A DNA stretch of 54,556 nucleotides, from the NCBI GenBank assembly GCA_964394395.1, contig CAYMWV010000005.1:4780-59335 (forward strand), read 5' to 3'. The DNA comes from an uncultured Sediminispirochaeta sp. GTDB taxonomy: Bacteria > Spirochaetota > Spirochaetia > DSM-16054 > Sediminispirochaetaceae. Shown here piece after piece: positions 18,970 to 29,591 of the stretch. The notes below the pieces were generated by a model. The model ran no database searches. It was not told the DNA's origin and saw only the letters and a program-made list of their open reading frames with translations. Made by a program: the position numbers and the translations under genes. Each line of letters opens with the position of its first letter. Within the stretch, counting starts at the first letter, position 1.

Positions 18970-20760
18970 CTAGAGAAAGTTATTCGGTTCAAGATATCCG
19001 GGGAGCTGAATCCCACTCTCCAGAAAACCCGCTTTTCTCTTTTTAATCCTCAGCCGGGCAAGAACGAAGGGAGCCTCATCGATGAAGGTCCACCTCTCCA
19101 GGGTGAAAGGATCACCAGGTGAAAGTCCACTCTCGTCTGCTATTGAGCCGGGATAGACTGAATCGATCCTGTAACGGTCCTTGAGCAAGCCCTCGCCAGT
19201 TAATACCACTTCCATTCCAAAAAGGGGAGGGAAAAGATCGATGGGGTTGTCAATCTTCGCATACTCTTTGAGACCATCACTTTTTCGTTCCACCGTGAGC
19301 AGGGTCCGGCTAAAAACCTCCCCATCACGAAGCCATCGGGAAGATAGTAACTCCCCGGGCAAGCTGGCAAGCAGGGTTGGATGGGCATCTTCAATCTCCT
19401 TGAGATCTTCTCCCCCCAGAGAGAGCAGTACATCATCTTTTAGCAGGTCCAGCTTTTCTGCGGGGCTTCCCGGAGCCAGGTAGATAATCTCCAATCCTTT
19501 CTCACCCTTCCTGAGGGAAATCCCCAACGCCGCATGTGGGTAGGCTCCTCCCTCATATAGATAGGGAAGCAGCTTTAAGACCCACTGTCCCGGAATAGCG
19601 AAATTGATCCCCTCAAATTGTTCAATTCCGGCAAAAACCACACCTATGAGCTCCCCATCCCCATTGAGAAGGGGTCCACCACTGTTTCCCTGGTTTATTG
19701 GTACATCGACCTGAACAACATTCCCCATCTGAAGAATTTTTCGTCCAGTGGAGGAGATAATCCCCGAGGTGAGGGTATTCTCAAGTCCCCCGGGAGAACC
19801 GAGGGCATAAATAGATTCTCCCACCGTCAATTCGGGGGCAAGGTTGAAAGAGAGAATAGACTCTGTCCCCCGTTCCACCTTGAGAAGCGCAATATCAAAA
19901 ATCTCGCTATAGCCGACTACCCTGGCAGGGATCCTGGTATCACTATCTTCGGACAACTTGATATATAGTCTACTAAACCCTTCATAGCTGGGGTCCACTT
20001 CACTTGATATCACATGGTAATTGGTTACAAGGTACCCCTCTTTATCAATAAAGAAACCGGATCCAATGACCCTGTCGGGCAGACCAACTCCGCCTTCAAT
20101 TCTCATCCCCCGGTTCACCCAGACGGTCACAACAGCTTCAAGATTATCTGCCGGTTTCTTGACCGAAGTGGAAACCCATTCCTTCATCTCGGTGGAAAGT
20201 GGATAAGAGCGATTCTCCATCTCTCCAAAAAATGCTCGTGCAACTGTCCGAAGCCCCGCATCTCTGGCTGCCTCATAGAGCTGTTGCAGCGCTTCCCGGC
20301 TCTTTATCGACTTCACTTCCATGGCCATCTTGTAGAGCTGAGGAACACTCCATGCCAGGATTTCATCCTCCTTGGAGCTGGGCTCCTGGTAGCTGGGCTC
20401 TTTATTCGGAAGAACCGCACCTGCGGGGGCTCCCACAGCTCTCAGGGAACGGGCCATGCTTTCAGCTTTCACAAACTCTTCCTGCTTCAGTAATTCCTGA
20501 TAGCGCTCTTCCATTTTTTCCAGTGAAGCGGCTCTCAGTTCCGCTATCTCCTTTTGATCCCCTCCTCTCTGGTTTTCCAGGATCTGAAGGTAGAAAAAAG
20601 CTCTTCTGTATGCTCCTTCAGTGATAGCATCTTTGATACTGTCAAGGGTTACTTCGGTCAAAGTGGAGGGAGCCTCGGAATATCGGGGAACTCCTGCACA
20701 GGAAAAAAGCAGGATCAGAGAAAAAAGCATGGAAAATCGGAGAAACATCACCTTTTTCAA
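18970..20760 (-). CDS. Lipoprotein, trypsin-like serine protease with PDZ domains
   Basis: Lipobox LLFSC; GSGFFI, TNYHV, DIALL, INQGNSGGPL catalytic motifs. Confidence 0.88.
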   Translation of the reverse strand: MKKVMFLRFSMLFSLILLFSCAGVPRYSEAPSTLTEVTLDSIKDAITEGAYRRAFFYLQILENQRGGDQKEIAELRAASLEKMEERYQELLKQEEFVKAESMARSLRAVGAPAGAVLPNKEPSYQEPSSKEDEILAWSVPQLYKMAMEVKSIKSREALQQLYEAARDAGLRTVARAFFGEMENRSYPLSTEMKEWVSTSVKKPADNLEAVVTVWVNRGMRIEGGVGLPDRVIGSGFFIDKEGYLVTNYHVISSEVDPSYEGFSRLYIKLSEDSDTRIPARVVGYSEIFDIALLKVERGTESILSFNLAPELTVGESIYALGSPGGLENTLTSGIISSTGRKILQMGNVVQVDVPINQGNSGGPLLNGDGELIGVVFAGIEQFEGINFAIPGQWVLKLLPYLYEGGAYPHAALGISLRKGEKGLEIIYLAPGSPAEKLDLLKDDVLLSLGGEDLKEIEDAHPTLLASLPGELLSSRWLRDGEVFSRTLLTVERKSDGLKEYAKIDNPIDLFPPLFGMEVVLTGEGLLKDRYRIDSVYPGSIADESGLSPGDPFTLERWTFIDEAPFVLARLRIKKRKAGFLESGIQLPGYLEPNNFL

Positions 20761-22490
20761 TCATCCACCTCTAGACGGTAATCGAAGCTGCCATCCAGCA
20801 TTGTGGAAAACTCTCTGATAAGACGATCGTTTTCCCTGAATTGACGGCAATCAAAAACTCCATCGTCGTTAAAGTCCCATAACACAGTATGCCTTTCACC
20901 AAAGGATTCTGCATACTCTGCATTACCATCTCCATCCTTATCAAGTCGAATTTCAATCAGTTCATCTGAAAGATAGCGTTCGGCCAGTTCAAAGCGGCCA
21001 TCCCGGTCAAGATCCTTTTCCCGGAAGGTATAATCTTGGTCCCCAACCCTTCTCTCTATAATCCTGTCATTCTCATCTCTCAAGAGGACCAGGTCCCCAG
21101 CACCCTGAAACAGGGGCTTTTCATAGATCGTAAGTTCACTATCGGTGATGGATGTGATGATCTCTAATGCCTTGGCTCCAAGAAGGTCCGGAGATGGAAG
21201 TGTGAAATCGATTCGCCCTTCTCTTTCTCTTTCATCTCCAGAGATTGTCTCAAGCAGGCCACTTATATGGGGAAAAGGGTGCTGTTCATCGTATGGATAG
21301 AGGATATAGCGGGTTTCTCCCTCCTTCCCATGGAGCACAAACTCTTTCAGATAGGGGTAGGTGCTGTATCTGATAAGGCCACCCTTATCAGATACACTAA
21401 GGGGAGTACCATCATCAAATAGAATGGAAAACTCGTACACTCCGTTCTGATCCCTGTCGTAGGAGTAGGTCCGGATCTGTCCATTTTGAAACATCTCTCT
21501 CTGCTCAATATAGCCATCCCGATTAAGATCGCTCTCCAGCAGACCGGTAAATCCTTCCAAATAGGTATCAAAAGCAGCTTCCAGGCCCACTTTTTCCGTG
21601 AGGGTACGATACTCAACCAGTTTCCCCCGCCCCTGAAGGGGATAGGACTCAAGGGCCTGCAGGAGCAGCGCTTCCCGCTCCTCATCACTTTCCAGTTGAG
21701 GGATTCCCCGCTCCAGAGCCCAAAAGGGATCCCGACCAAACCGTCTTTCGTACTGCTCAAAGAGTCTTTCCCACAAGCTTCCTTTATCAATCCGTCCTAG
21801 TACCATCTGAAGTACCGCTCTCGAGTAATCCTCCATCTTTCTGATCCCTTCTGCAGGATCATCAGTTGTGAGGAAGGGGGGAATGAATAATTGGTTCAAG
21901 TTCAGGAACTGTTCAAGCACTTCACTATCCTTTGGATAGCGGGATGCAAGTTCACTGCTCATCTCCAGGGCTGCTTCTTTCCTACCCAGTTTTTCAAGAA
22001 TTGTGATATAGAGGATACCGGTATCGGCAGGTAATTCCGCATCATTTACCAACCCGGAGAGGTACAAATAGGCTCTTTCGATAAGTCCCAATCGGAAAGC
22101 TACAGCTGACAACTCTTCCTGAATAAACTCAAGAGAGATGGCGTAGTGAGGATCATCCTCGATGGTTGCGGCCTTCTCATAGAGCTTAAGAGAGCTCTGC
22201 AGCTCCCCCCCCTTCAAAGCAAGTAAGCCCCCAATTGCTAAAGCATCCCTGTTCTTTCCATCAAACAGCCGGGAAACCGCAAGCAGCTGTTTGCTTTCTT
22301 CAAACTCCCCATTCTGATACGCTTTTAAAGCGTGGGAACTGTATATGCGGGAGATTGCCCGCTCTTTTTCGGAGCTTTCACCTTCACCATTGCTATCAGC
22401 CACAACCATTGAGGGGATAAAAAAGAAAAAAGAGAACCCGATAAGTAGAAACAGAATGAAACGGTTAACACAGACCGGGTTTATTCTCAT
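20757..22490 (-). CDS. Exported hypothetical protein, TPR-like N-half and repeated DxDxDG loops
   Basis: Signal/TM segment; DLNRDG, DRDQNG, DLDRDG, DKDGDG, DFNDDG. ATGA-coupled to the protease. Confidence 0.7.
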   Translation of the reverse strand: MRINPVCVNRFILFLLIGFSFFFFIPSMVVADSNGEGESSEKERAISRIYSSHALKAYQNGEFEESKQLLAVSRLFDGKNRDALAIGGLLALKGGELQSSLKLYEKAATIEDDPHYAISLEFIQEELSAVAFRLGLIERAYLYLSGLVNDAELPADTGILYITILEKLGRKEAALEMSSELASRYPKDSEVLEQFLNLNQLFIPPFLTTDDPAEGIRKMEDYSRAVLQMVLGRIDKGSLWERLFEQYERRFGRDPFWALERGIPQLESDEEREALLLQALESYPLQGRGKLVEYRTLTEKVGLEAAFDTYLEGFTGLLESDLNRDGYIEQREMFQNGQIRTYSYDRDQNGVYEFSILFDDGTPLSVSDKGGLIRYSTYPYLKEFVLHGKEGETRYILYPYDEQHPFPHISGLLETISGDEREREGRIDFTLPSPDLLGAKALEIITSITDSELTIYEKPLFQGAGDLVLLRDENDRIIERRVGDQDYTFREKDLDRDGRFELAERYLSDELIEIRLDKDGDGNAEYAESFGERHTVLWDFNDDGVFDCRQFRENDRLIREFSTMLDGSFDYRLEVDD

Positions 22491-22510
22491 AGTAGTATTC
22501 GTTGTTCCCT

Positions 22511-24532
22511 CTACTCTCTCTTATCTTCTCCGGATGAATCACCCTTATGCTCATCCCCAGCTTCTTCATTGGTGCTATCTGATGCTTCAGATTGATCAGA
22601 TGCATCGGAAGAATCGGAAGAGGAGTCCGCAGCCCCATTATCACCGTTTCCCTTCAAACTTGTTGCAGAGTTCCTGGCTGGAAAGCCGAGGAGCTCTCGA
22701 ATTTCACTGTCATCAAGGGTTTCATTCTTAACCAGTTTTTCAGTAAGCAGGTCCAACTGGTCCCGATGCTCTGTCAAAATGGAACGGGTTTCCTCCAGGG
22801 CGGCAGTTAAAATTTCCCTGATTTCCTGGTCGATAAGCGAAGCGGTATTGTCAGAATAATCTTTATGCTGGGCGATCTCTTTACCGATAAAGATCGGTTC
22901 ATCTTCCTGCCCCAGGGCGATAAAACCCAATTTTTCACTCATCCCCCACTCGGTTACCATCCGTCGAGCAATGGTAGTTGCCTGCTGAATGTCATTCTGA
23001 GTTCCGGTTGTGGTCTCTTTATAGACTAGTTCCTCTGCTACATAGCCCCCCATGGCTATCCTGATACGATCAAGGAGCCACCCCCTCTTTCGGGAATAGG
23101 AATCTTTCTCCGGAAGTGACAGGGCAAGCCCAAGAGCCCTTCCCCTGGGAACAACCGTAACCTTGTGAAGGGGATCGGCGTACTTCAGATAGTAATGGAG
23201 CAGCGCATGGCCTGCCTCATGGTAGGCGGTCGCCCTTTTGTCTTCCTGGGTTATCACCCTGGACTTCCTGGCAACTCCCAGGAGGGTCTTGTCCCGGGCT
23301 TCTTCAAAATCCTCCATCTTAACAGTGGCCCGATTATCCCGGGCGGCAAACAGGGCCGATTCATTGACAAGATTTGCCAGGTCAGCTCCGGAGGTACCCG
23401 GGGTCGCCCTGGCGACCCGACTAAGATCGACATCCGGGTCAAGCTGAATATTGCTGCAATGGATGGAGAGAATCGCTTCCCGCTCTTTTACATCGGGCAT
23501 ATCAACAACAACCTGCCGGTCAAATCGGCCAGGCCGTAGCAGAGCGGGATCAAGTACATCCGGCCGGTTGGTAGCCGCCAGAATAATAACCCCATCTTTT
23601 GTTTCAAATCCATCCATCTCTACCAGCATCTGGTTGAGGGTCTGTTCCCGCTCGTCGTGTCCACCCCCGTAGCCCGCTCCTCTGGTTCGCCCAACTGCGT
23701 CAAGCTCATCAATAAAAATAATACAGGGGGCGTGCTTCCTTCCCTGGTCGAAAAGGTCCCTGACCCGGCTGGCACCAACTCCTACAAACATCTCCACAAA
23801 GTCTGAACCGGACATATGAAAAAAGGATACCCCCGCTTCACCTGCAACTGCCTTGGCAAGAAGGGTTTTTCCAGTTCCAGGCATACCGACCAGAAGTACC
23901 CCCTTGGGAATCTTTGCACCTATCTTGGTGAATTTGGTCGGATTCTTCAGAAAATCGACCACCTCCTCCAGCTCGTACTTTGCCTCTGTCTGCCCAGCCA
24001 CATCGTTAAAGGTGATCTTTGTTCCCTCTTCCAGGTACTGCTTCGCCTTGCTCTTACCAAAGGAGAAAGCCTTCCCTCCTCCACCTTGCACCTGTCGAAA
24101 CATAAACCAAAAGAAGAGAAGGAACAGGATCCACGGAATCAGTTCCAGAAAAACCCTGCCTGCGGAGACCCCTTTGGAACCACCGGAGATCTTCACTCCC
24201 GCATCTTCCAGCAGGGGCATTAGATTGTCATGATAATAGGGAATAGTGGTAGTAAAAATAGCAGTCTCCCCGGGAGCATTACTCCGCAGGGTACCCTGAA
24301 TCAGGCTGTTATCCAGAATTTTAACAGCATCTACCTGTCCCTCATCCAGATAACCAAGAAAGGTGGAATAGGCTATTTCCATATCCTCACTTCCATTGTT
24401 CATCATGAAAAGAAAGACAAACATGATAATCAAGGATAGCAAAAAAAAGAGGGCAAACCTGTTTTTATTGAAATCGAATTTCAATTTATTGGGATCATTG
24501 TTCTTCTCTGGGTCTCTATTCTCGGAACTCAC
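22511..24532 (-). CDS. ftsH: ATP-dependent zinc metalloprotease FtsH
   Basis: Two TMs, [27 protein letters not shown]. Confidence 0.98.
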   Translation of the reverse strand: MSSENRDPEKNNDPNKLKFDFNKNRFALFFLLSLIIMFVFLFMMNNGSEDMEIAYSTFLGYLDEGQVDAVKILDNSLIQGTLRSNAPGETAIFTTTIPYYHDNLMPLLEDAGVKISGGSKGVSAGRVFLELIPWILFLLFFWFMFRQVQGGGGKAFSFGKSKAKQYLEEGTKITFNDVAGQTEAKYELEEVVDFLKNPTKFTKIGAKIPKGVLLVGMPGTGKTLLAKAVAGEAGVSFFHMSGSDFVEMFVGVGASRVRDLFDQGRKHAPCIIFIDELDAVGRTRGAGYGGGHDEREQTLNQMLVEMDGFETKDGVIILAATNRPDVLDPALLRPGRFDRQVVVDMPDVKEREAILSIHCSNIQLDPDVDLSRVARATPGTSGADLANLVNESALFAARDNRATVKMEDFEEARDKTLLGVARKSRVITQEDKRATAYHEAGHALLHYYLKYADPLHKVTVVPRGRALGLALSLPEKDSYSRKRGWLLDRIRIAMGGYVAEELVYKETTTGTQNDIQQATTIARRMVTEWGMSEKLGFIALGQEDEPIFIGKEIAQHKDYSDNTASLIDQEIREILTAALEETRSILTEHRDQLDLLTEKLVKNETLDDSEIRELLGFPARNSATSLKGNGDNGAADSSSDSSDASDQSEASDSTNEEAGDEHKGDSSGEDKRE

Positions 24533-25853
24533 CTAACATCTCCATTTTGATTCTTCCCCGTCTCACCAATTCCAACCCTAACAGGTCGGTATAACCGCAG
24601 CAAGTTCCGAAGATAGCAAGAACCCCTTCTCTTCCCTCAAGTATGGGAATCTGCTCCCGCTTTGGTGGAGGTACCCTCCACTCCTGAAAAATCTTCTTTA
24701 CCCGCTTCCGATTTCCATCCTTCAGCCTGATGATATCACCCTCAAGACGGCTTCTGGCGATGAGCGGTTCTTCTAAACCATCCCAGAGAAAGCGTACCAT
24801 CCCCACACCAGGTAAAGATAGCGTAACTCCGTTATGTATGCGTCTAATGTAACCGTTTTTTCCAGCAAGGACAACAACCGGACCCCAAAAAATGCGCCTG
24901 CCATCATAAAATAGACGCAATCCCCCCGCTTCCACCACTTCTTCACCGGTTTTATCAAGTTCCATGATGCGCTTGATCAGACCATAGGAGACCCTTCCCA
25001 GGTTTTGGGGAAAGCGGTCGTAAAGGTAATAGAGAAAGCGCCTGCGTCCCTCCATGGGCAGTTCAAAGAAGGGCGCTCCTTCCCAGGACAGCAGATTCCC
25101 TTCAAGATTCACCAGATCAGGATAATGGAAGAGGTCCTGGGCAGCCTCCTGCATCATCTTCTGTTTCTCCATAAAACGAAGGACCCCGTCCTTGTATGCC
25201 GGAAACACCGCTTTCAGGCAAGGGAGCAACTCTTTCCGTATTTTGTTCCGCAGCAGGGAGGTATCGTTGTTGGAAGAATCGCTGGAAAAGGGAATTGACC
25301 GCCTTTGAAGATAGGTAACTAGCTCTCCCTTCTCTATACCGAGAAGAGGACGAAAATAGGGGCCCCGGCGTTCCGGGATACCACTCATCACATCGCTAGC
25401 CCCGCCTTCAAAAAAGCGCTGGATTGCTGTTTCCACCTGATCATCCCGTGTATGGGCGAGAAGACAGATTCGGGAATCAATCTCCTTGAGGTATTGTTCA
25501 AAGAGACGATACCGTAATGTTCTCGCCGCCGCCTCAATACCACAACGGGAGGCTGCAGCTTCATCAGCAATGGCTCCTTCTTGTACTGATTCAATTCTTA
25601 AGGGCACGTCAAAGCCCCCACAGAGCTCCCTGAGCAGGGCGTGTTCGGCAGCAAGCTCATCCTTGCTTCGCAGCTTGTGGTTTACATGAAGGGCATAGAT
25701 TTCCGAGTGGGGCAAGCGGGATCTCAGTGCCGAGCTAAGTGCCAGGAGTGCACAGGAGTCAGGACCACCGGAAAAGGCTATGACCATTCGTCGGGTTTCA
25801 TCTCTTGACAGGGATATCAAACGCTTTAGCAGCTGCTCTTCAAGGGGATGCAT
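24516..25853 (-). CDS. tilS: tRNA(Ile)-lysidine synthetase
   Basis: AFSGGPDS PP-loop, AHTRDDQVET, RNKIR; tilS-ftsH synteny. Confidence 0.95.
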   Translation of the reverse strand: MHPLEEQLLKRLISLSRDETRRMVIAFSGGPDSCALLALSSALRSRLPHSEIYALHVNHKLRSKDELAAEHALLRELCGGFDVPLRIESVQEGAIADEAAASRCGIEAAARTLRYRLFEQYLKEIDSRICLLAHTRDDQVETAIQRFFEGGASDVMSGIPERRGPYFRPLLGIEKGELVTYLQRRSIPFSSDSSNNDTSLLRNKIRKELLPCLKAVFPAYKDGVLRFMEKQKMMQEAAQDLFHYPDLVNLEGNLLSWEGAPFFELPMEGRRRFLYYLYDRFPQNLGRVSYGLIKRIMELDKTGEEVVEAGGLRLFYDGRRIFWGPVVVLAGKNGYIRRIHNGVTLSLPGVGMVRFLWDGLEEPLIARSRLEGDIIRLKDGNRKRVKKIFQEWRVPPPKREQIPILEGREGVLAIFGTCCGYTDLLGLELVRRGRIKMEMLGEFRE

Positions 25854-25868
25854 AGGATGGATACCAGC

Positions 25869-26504
25869 TCAAGGTTGGTCTAAAAGTTGATCAAAGGGCT
25901 CTTTCCGATTGAAGCGGTTCATCACCTGCTCTACGGATTCACCTCCAAGCAGATACTCAACTGCTTTTGAGGCAAGATGGACTCCCTTTCCCATCTTTTC
26001 GGCCTCCTCATCTTCGGGAATCCCCAGCACATGGGAAACGATGGAATTATCATCAGGCCTTCCGATACCCACATAGATACGGAGAAAATCGGCTGATCCA
26101 ATCCGTGCTACCAGGGATTTCAAACCGTTGTGACCCGCAGTCCCCCCCCCTTTCTTGATCCGTACCGACCCGGGTGGCAGGTCCATATTATCACAGACCA
26201 CTAAAACCTGACTAGCCTGGACAGCATGTTTTTTCATAAGTCCCGGTAAGATATCACCCGATCTGTTCATATAGGTGAGGGGTTTAATGTAGAGAGGATA
26301 GGTTCCCCTACCCTTCGCTGCATAGCGGTAGGAGGAGGCAAAGAGGGGTTTTCTCCAGGAAAGTCCCAGTCTGCTCACCTGCTCTTCCAACACAAGAAAC
26401 CCGACATTATGCCGGGTTTCTTGATATTGCCGGCCTGGATTTCCCAGTCCTGCTATAATTTTCAGTTGTGGCTGTTCCACCGCACTTCCCGTTTTGTAAG
26501 CCAC
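25869..26504 (-). CDS. pth: Peptidyl-tRNA hydrolase
   Basis: GLGNPG, TRHNVGF, KPLTYMNRSG, GHNGLKS. Exact start uncertain. Confidence 0.96.
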   Translation of the reverse strand: MAYKTGSAVEQPQLKIIAGLGNPGRQYQETRHNVGFLVLEEQVSRLGLSWRKPLFASSYRYAAKGRGTYPLYIKPLTYMNRSGDILPGLMKKHAVQASQVLVVCDNMDLPPGSVRIKKGGGTAGHNGLKSLVARIGSADFLRIYVGIGRPDDNSIVSHVLGIPEDEEAEKMGKGVHLASKAVEYLLGGESVEQVMNRFNRKEPFDQLLDQP

Positions 26505-26580
26505 CCTTTATACACTCTTCTCGTATTCCAGATGGCAAGAAATAGAGCGATGTGAAGCGCACAACTCTAAAGAAAGCTTA

Positions 26581-27228
26581 CTATTCCTCGCTTTCCTCAC
26601 TACCTTCTTCACCTTCTCCTTCACCTTCCAGGCCTTCGCCCTCTTCAAGCTCTTCTTCACCCTCTTCTTCCTCAACAACAATCTTAGCAGTGGTGATTGC
26701 CGCAGCCATCATATCGTCGGAAGTGAGGATTAATACCCCTTCAGGAGCGGTGATATCAGAAACGTGCCTGGAATCCCCAATCTCCATCCCGTCAATATCG
26801 ACAGTAAGTTCGTCCGGGATGTCTTTGGGAAAACACTCAATCTCTACATCATGCAGACCCATCTCAAGAATACCGCCCTCCTTAACACCCCTGGGAGTTC
26901 CGGTGGTGTGTAGGGGTACGTGGGTTCGCAGCTTCTTGCCCCGTTCGATCTCGTAGAAATCAAGATGGGTTATAAAACCCTTTAGAGGCTCCTCCTGATG
27001 ATCCTTAATAAGGACATCATAATCTTTGCCATCAACGTCAATAGTTATGATGGTACTCTCGGAAAGGGAGTGATACTTTTTCTCAAACTCCCTGCTCTCA
27101 ACAGCAATGGGTACCGGATCGGAATGCCCATAGATAATTGCAGGAATCTTTCCTTCCCGACGAAGGCGTTTCGTTTCGCCCTTTTTCAGCTCCGTTCTCA
27201 GGGAACCACGTAATGTTTTCTCACCCAT
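26581..27228 (-). CDS. rplY: 50S ribosomal protein bL25 (Ctc type)
   Basis: RLRREGKIPAIIYG, HLDFY, GVKEGG; acidic tail; AGGAG RBS. Confidence 0.96.
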   Translation of the reverse strand: MGEKTLRGSLRTELKKGETKRLRREGKIPAIIYGHSDPVPIAVESREFEKKYHSLSESTIITIDVDGKDYDVLIKDHQEEPLKGFITHLDFYEIERGKKLRTHVPLHTTGTPRGVKEGGILEMGLHDVEIECFPKDIPDELTVDIDGMEIGDSRHVSDITAPEGVLILTSDDMMAAAITTAKIVVEEEEGEEELEEGEGLEGEGEGEEGSEESEE

Positions 27229-27264
27229 GAAATATCTCCTTCAGCCATGTTCATTATAACAATC

Positions 27265-27337
27265 CTGGGGCGGCAGGATTCGAACCTGCGCATACCGGCA
27301 CCAAAAACCGGTGGCTTAACCGCTTGCCAACACCCCA
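27265..27337 (-). tRNA. tRNA-Gln(TTG)
   Basis: TGGGGTG/CGCCCCA acceptor stem, anticodon loop TTTTGGT, GGTTCGAATCC; CCA not encoded. Confidence 0.95.
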
Positions 27338-27441
27338 ATAGTTACAGGAATTCGGACTACGGTTCTACCATATATTCTTTTTTTTTTCCACTAGATGGGA
27401 AGGAAAAGCTCATAATTTCATAAAAAAGCTTAAAGAATCTA

Positions 27442-27613
27442 TAGTGTCCCCGAAATAGCGCAAAAATGGAGGACCGATACCAGTTAAATGCTTGTATGCC
27501 TTGGTAGTATAGACCATCTACATGAATTTGATGGCAATAGCTGCGATTCTTAGCCTTAACGTCCGAAGGTGTAAGCTTTTCCAAGAAAAGTTTGCGCTAT
27601 TTCGGGGACACTA
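27442..27613. mobile_element. 172-bp MITE-like element with perfect 23-bp TIRs (IS630-like)
   Basis: TAGTGTCCCCGAAATAGCGCAAA (27442-27464) and its exact reverse complement (27591-27613); TA at both ends. Confidence 0.8.
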
Positions 27614-27732
27614 AATAAAGAATCCTCTATCCTGGGAGTTCACGGCGGCCTGCGTTCACAGTCAGTGGTCCTTCTGCTGGCCGTCGGGGGTCGTTCTGCC
27701 ACCTTCGGTCGGGTGTGTTGAAAAAGCAGCTA

Positions 27733-28053
27733 CTAAGCCTCTGCCAGCTGTTCGTCTTCCCTCTCATCGCCCATTTCGGAACCGTACGGCCCCTCTTCAG
27801 CCAGCGCCTTTTCATATTCACTGAGAATGCGCTCCTGCATTTTCCCCCGAAAATCTGAATTGATCGGATGTGCTACATCCTTGTACTCCCCGCTGCGGGT
27901 CTTCCTGCTCGGCATAGCAATGAAAGGGCCATTTTTCCCATCAATGATCTTCACATTATGAACAACAAAGCTGTTATCGAAAGTGATGGTCACATAGGCC
28001 TTCAATTTGCTCTCCGTGTCAAGCTTCCTGATCCGGATGTCGGTAATTTCCAT
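27733..28053 (-). CDS. spoVG: SpoVG nucleic-acid-binding protein
   Basis: MEITDIRIR...FIAMPSRK...YKDVAHPIN; GGAGG RBS before ATG 28053. Confidence 0.96.
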   Translation of the reverse strand: MEITDIRIRKLDTESKLKAYVTITFDNSFVVHNVKIIDGKNGPFIAMPSRKTRSGEYKDVAHPINSDFRGKMQERILSEYEKALAEEGPYGSEMGDEREDEQLAEA

Positions 28054-28085
28054 AGCCCCTCCGCATATGATGCAGTTCAGATGTT

Positions 28086-28985
28086 TCATCCATTGTAAAC
28101 CGGCTTATACTGCTTCGCAAGCATTTTAACTTCTCTGGTGGCAAAGCCGAGCTGCTTTAAGCGCTTTTCTGCATCCTTTAATTCTCCAATAGATTCAAAA
28201 AAACCAAAGAGTGTAGAGCCGCTTCCGCTCATTTCCCAAAAGCAGGAGCCTCCATCCTGAAAAATTCTAAAAACCGTCTCTATCTCTGGATAGAGATCGC
28301 TTAGTACCAGGGTAAAATCATTGAACAGAGCTTTTTCCCGGAGCAGAGTCCAGGGGTCCCGGGAGAGGGCATCTCTGTCAGGAGCACCATCGGCCCAGCA
28401 AGCTCTTCCTTTGGTATCTATCAATGCATAGGCATGAGCGGTTGAAACCTGCCAGGAAGGAAAAACGAGGAGAAGATGCTTTGATAGAAGAGGCCTTATG
28501 GGGTGTAATTGCTCTCCCCTATCCAGACCAAGTGCGGCAACTTCCCCAAGGAAAAAGGGAACATCGCTACCCAATTTTGAAGCAATCGCTATCAGTTCCT
28601 CCATTTTTAAAGGATGATCCAGAGCATGATTGAGTAGACGCAGTGTGGCAGCCCCATCGGAGGAACCACCTCCCAATCCACCCCCAGCAGGTATCTGTTT
28701 GTGGCAAGTGAATGAAAAGGTTTTACCCTGGTACTCCATTCCTTTTTTTTTCACCAGGTTCATAAATGCAGAATAGGCTTTGTAGATGAGGTTCTCTTCT
28801 TTGGGGAAGGTAAACTCCGGCTGTAAGGCAAATCCTCCCCCCTGTTCGCTTACCTGCAACTCCAGGTAGTCACAGAAATCTACCATATGGAAGATGGTTC
28901 GAAGGTCATGATATCCATCAGCTCTCACAGGTCCCACTTCCAGGTGCAGATTGATCTTTGCAGGTGCGTATAGTGAATAGTTCAT
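28086..28985 (-). CDS. ispE: 4-diphosphocytidyl-2-C-methyl-D-erythritol kinase
   Basis: [36 protein letters not shown]. Confidence 0.96.
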   Translation of the reverse strand: MNYSLYAPAKINLHLEVGPVRADGYHDLRTIFHMVDFCDYLELQVSEQGGGFALQPEFTFPKEENLIYKAYSAFMNLVKKKGMEYQGKTFSFTCHKQIPAGGGLGGGSSDGAATLRLLNHALDHPLKMEELIAIASKLGSDVPFFLGEVAALGLDRGEQLHPIRPLLSKHLLLVFPSWQVSTAHAYALIDTKGRACWADGAPDRDALSRDPWTLLREKALFNDFTLVLSDLYPEIETVFRIFQDGGSCFWEMSGSGSTLFGFFESIGELKDAEKRLKQLGFATREVKMLAKQYKPVYNG

Positions 28986-29040
28986 AGAGTGATTATAGCT
29001 ACCATTTGACAGGGTGAAAACAAGCGCCTATACTTTTTCT
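28986..29040. promoter_or_regulatory. Overlapping divergent promoters for leaderless ispE and cheX
   Basis: Plus strand: TTGACA (29006), 17 bp, TATACT (29029), 6 nt, ATG 29041. Minus strand: TATAAT (28997-28992), 6 nt, ATG 28985. Confidence 0.7.
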
Positions 29041-29514
29041 ATGACTAACGAAAACCTGATGCAATTTCCTAACGCATTTAATGAAGTCCTGGAGGAGATT
29101 GGCTTTCAGGAGCTACATTTTATCAACTCCCAGGAATATAAGAAACCGACCGAACTTCTCTCCAGTATTGGTATCACCGGAGATATTCAGGGTTTTCTCC
29201 TCCTCCGATCAGAAATAAGCAGTATGCTTGCCTTTATTGATAAAGTACTGGAAAACATGGGCATGGATTCTGATGAAGCCGATTTCGGTCCCTTTCACCG
29301 GGAAGCCTTTGGGGAGATCCTGAATCAGCTTTCAGGAAGAGCGATGATGAGGCTCTCCGACGTCGGCTACAATTGTGATATCACCCCACCCACCATGTTA
29401 ATCGGTTCCAATATTACCTACGACTTCACCTCCCTGGACAGTTTTATCAACCGGGATATCCAAGGCAGTTTTGGAACCATTAATGTCTTTGCGGGCATAA
29501 AAAAAGACGAATAA
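29041..29514 (+). CDS. cheX: CheX-like chemotaxis phosphatase
   Basis: SSIGITGDIQG, EAFGEILNQLSG (ExxN), DITPPT motifs. Confidence 0.8.
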   Translation: MTNENLMQFPNAFNEVLEEIGFQELHFINSQEYKKPTELLSSIGITGDIQGFLLLRSEISSMLAFIDKVLENMGMDSDEADFGPFHREAFGEILNQLSGRAMMRLSDVGYNCDITPPTMLIGSNITYDFTSLDSFINRDIQGSFGTINVFAGIKKDE

Positions 29515-29529
29515 ACAGGATAAAAAGAG

Positions 29530-29559
29530 TTGACATCGTTTCCAAGCATCCCGTAGATT
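29530..29559 (+). promoter_or_regulatory. Sigma-70 promoter of the acidic small protein
   Basis: TTGACA, 18 bp, TAGATT; AAGGGGGA SD-like sequence at 29572-29579. Confidence 0.65.
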
Positions 29560-29591
29560 AGTATCTATATCAAGGGGGATTCATTTTCATT

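Noticed and set aside
27627-27731. GC-rich hairpin (CGGCC/GGCCG) and GGGTGTGTTGAAAAAG after spoVG as an ncRNA or IS end
   Set aside because: No recognisable RNA family and no second copy in the window; cannot be supported without Rfam or BLAST.
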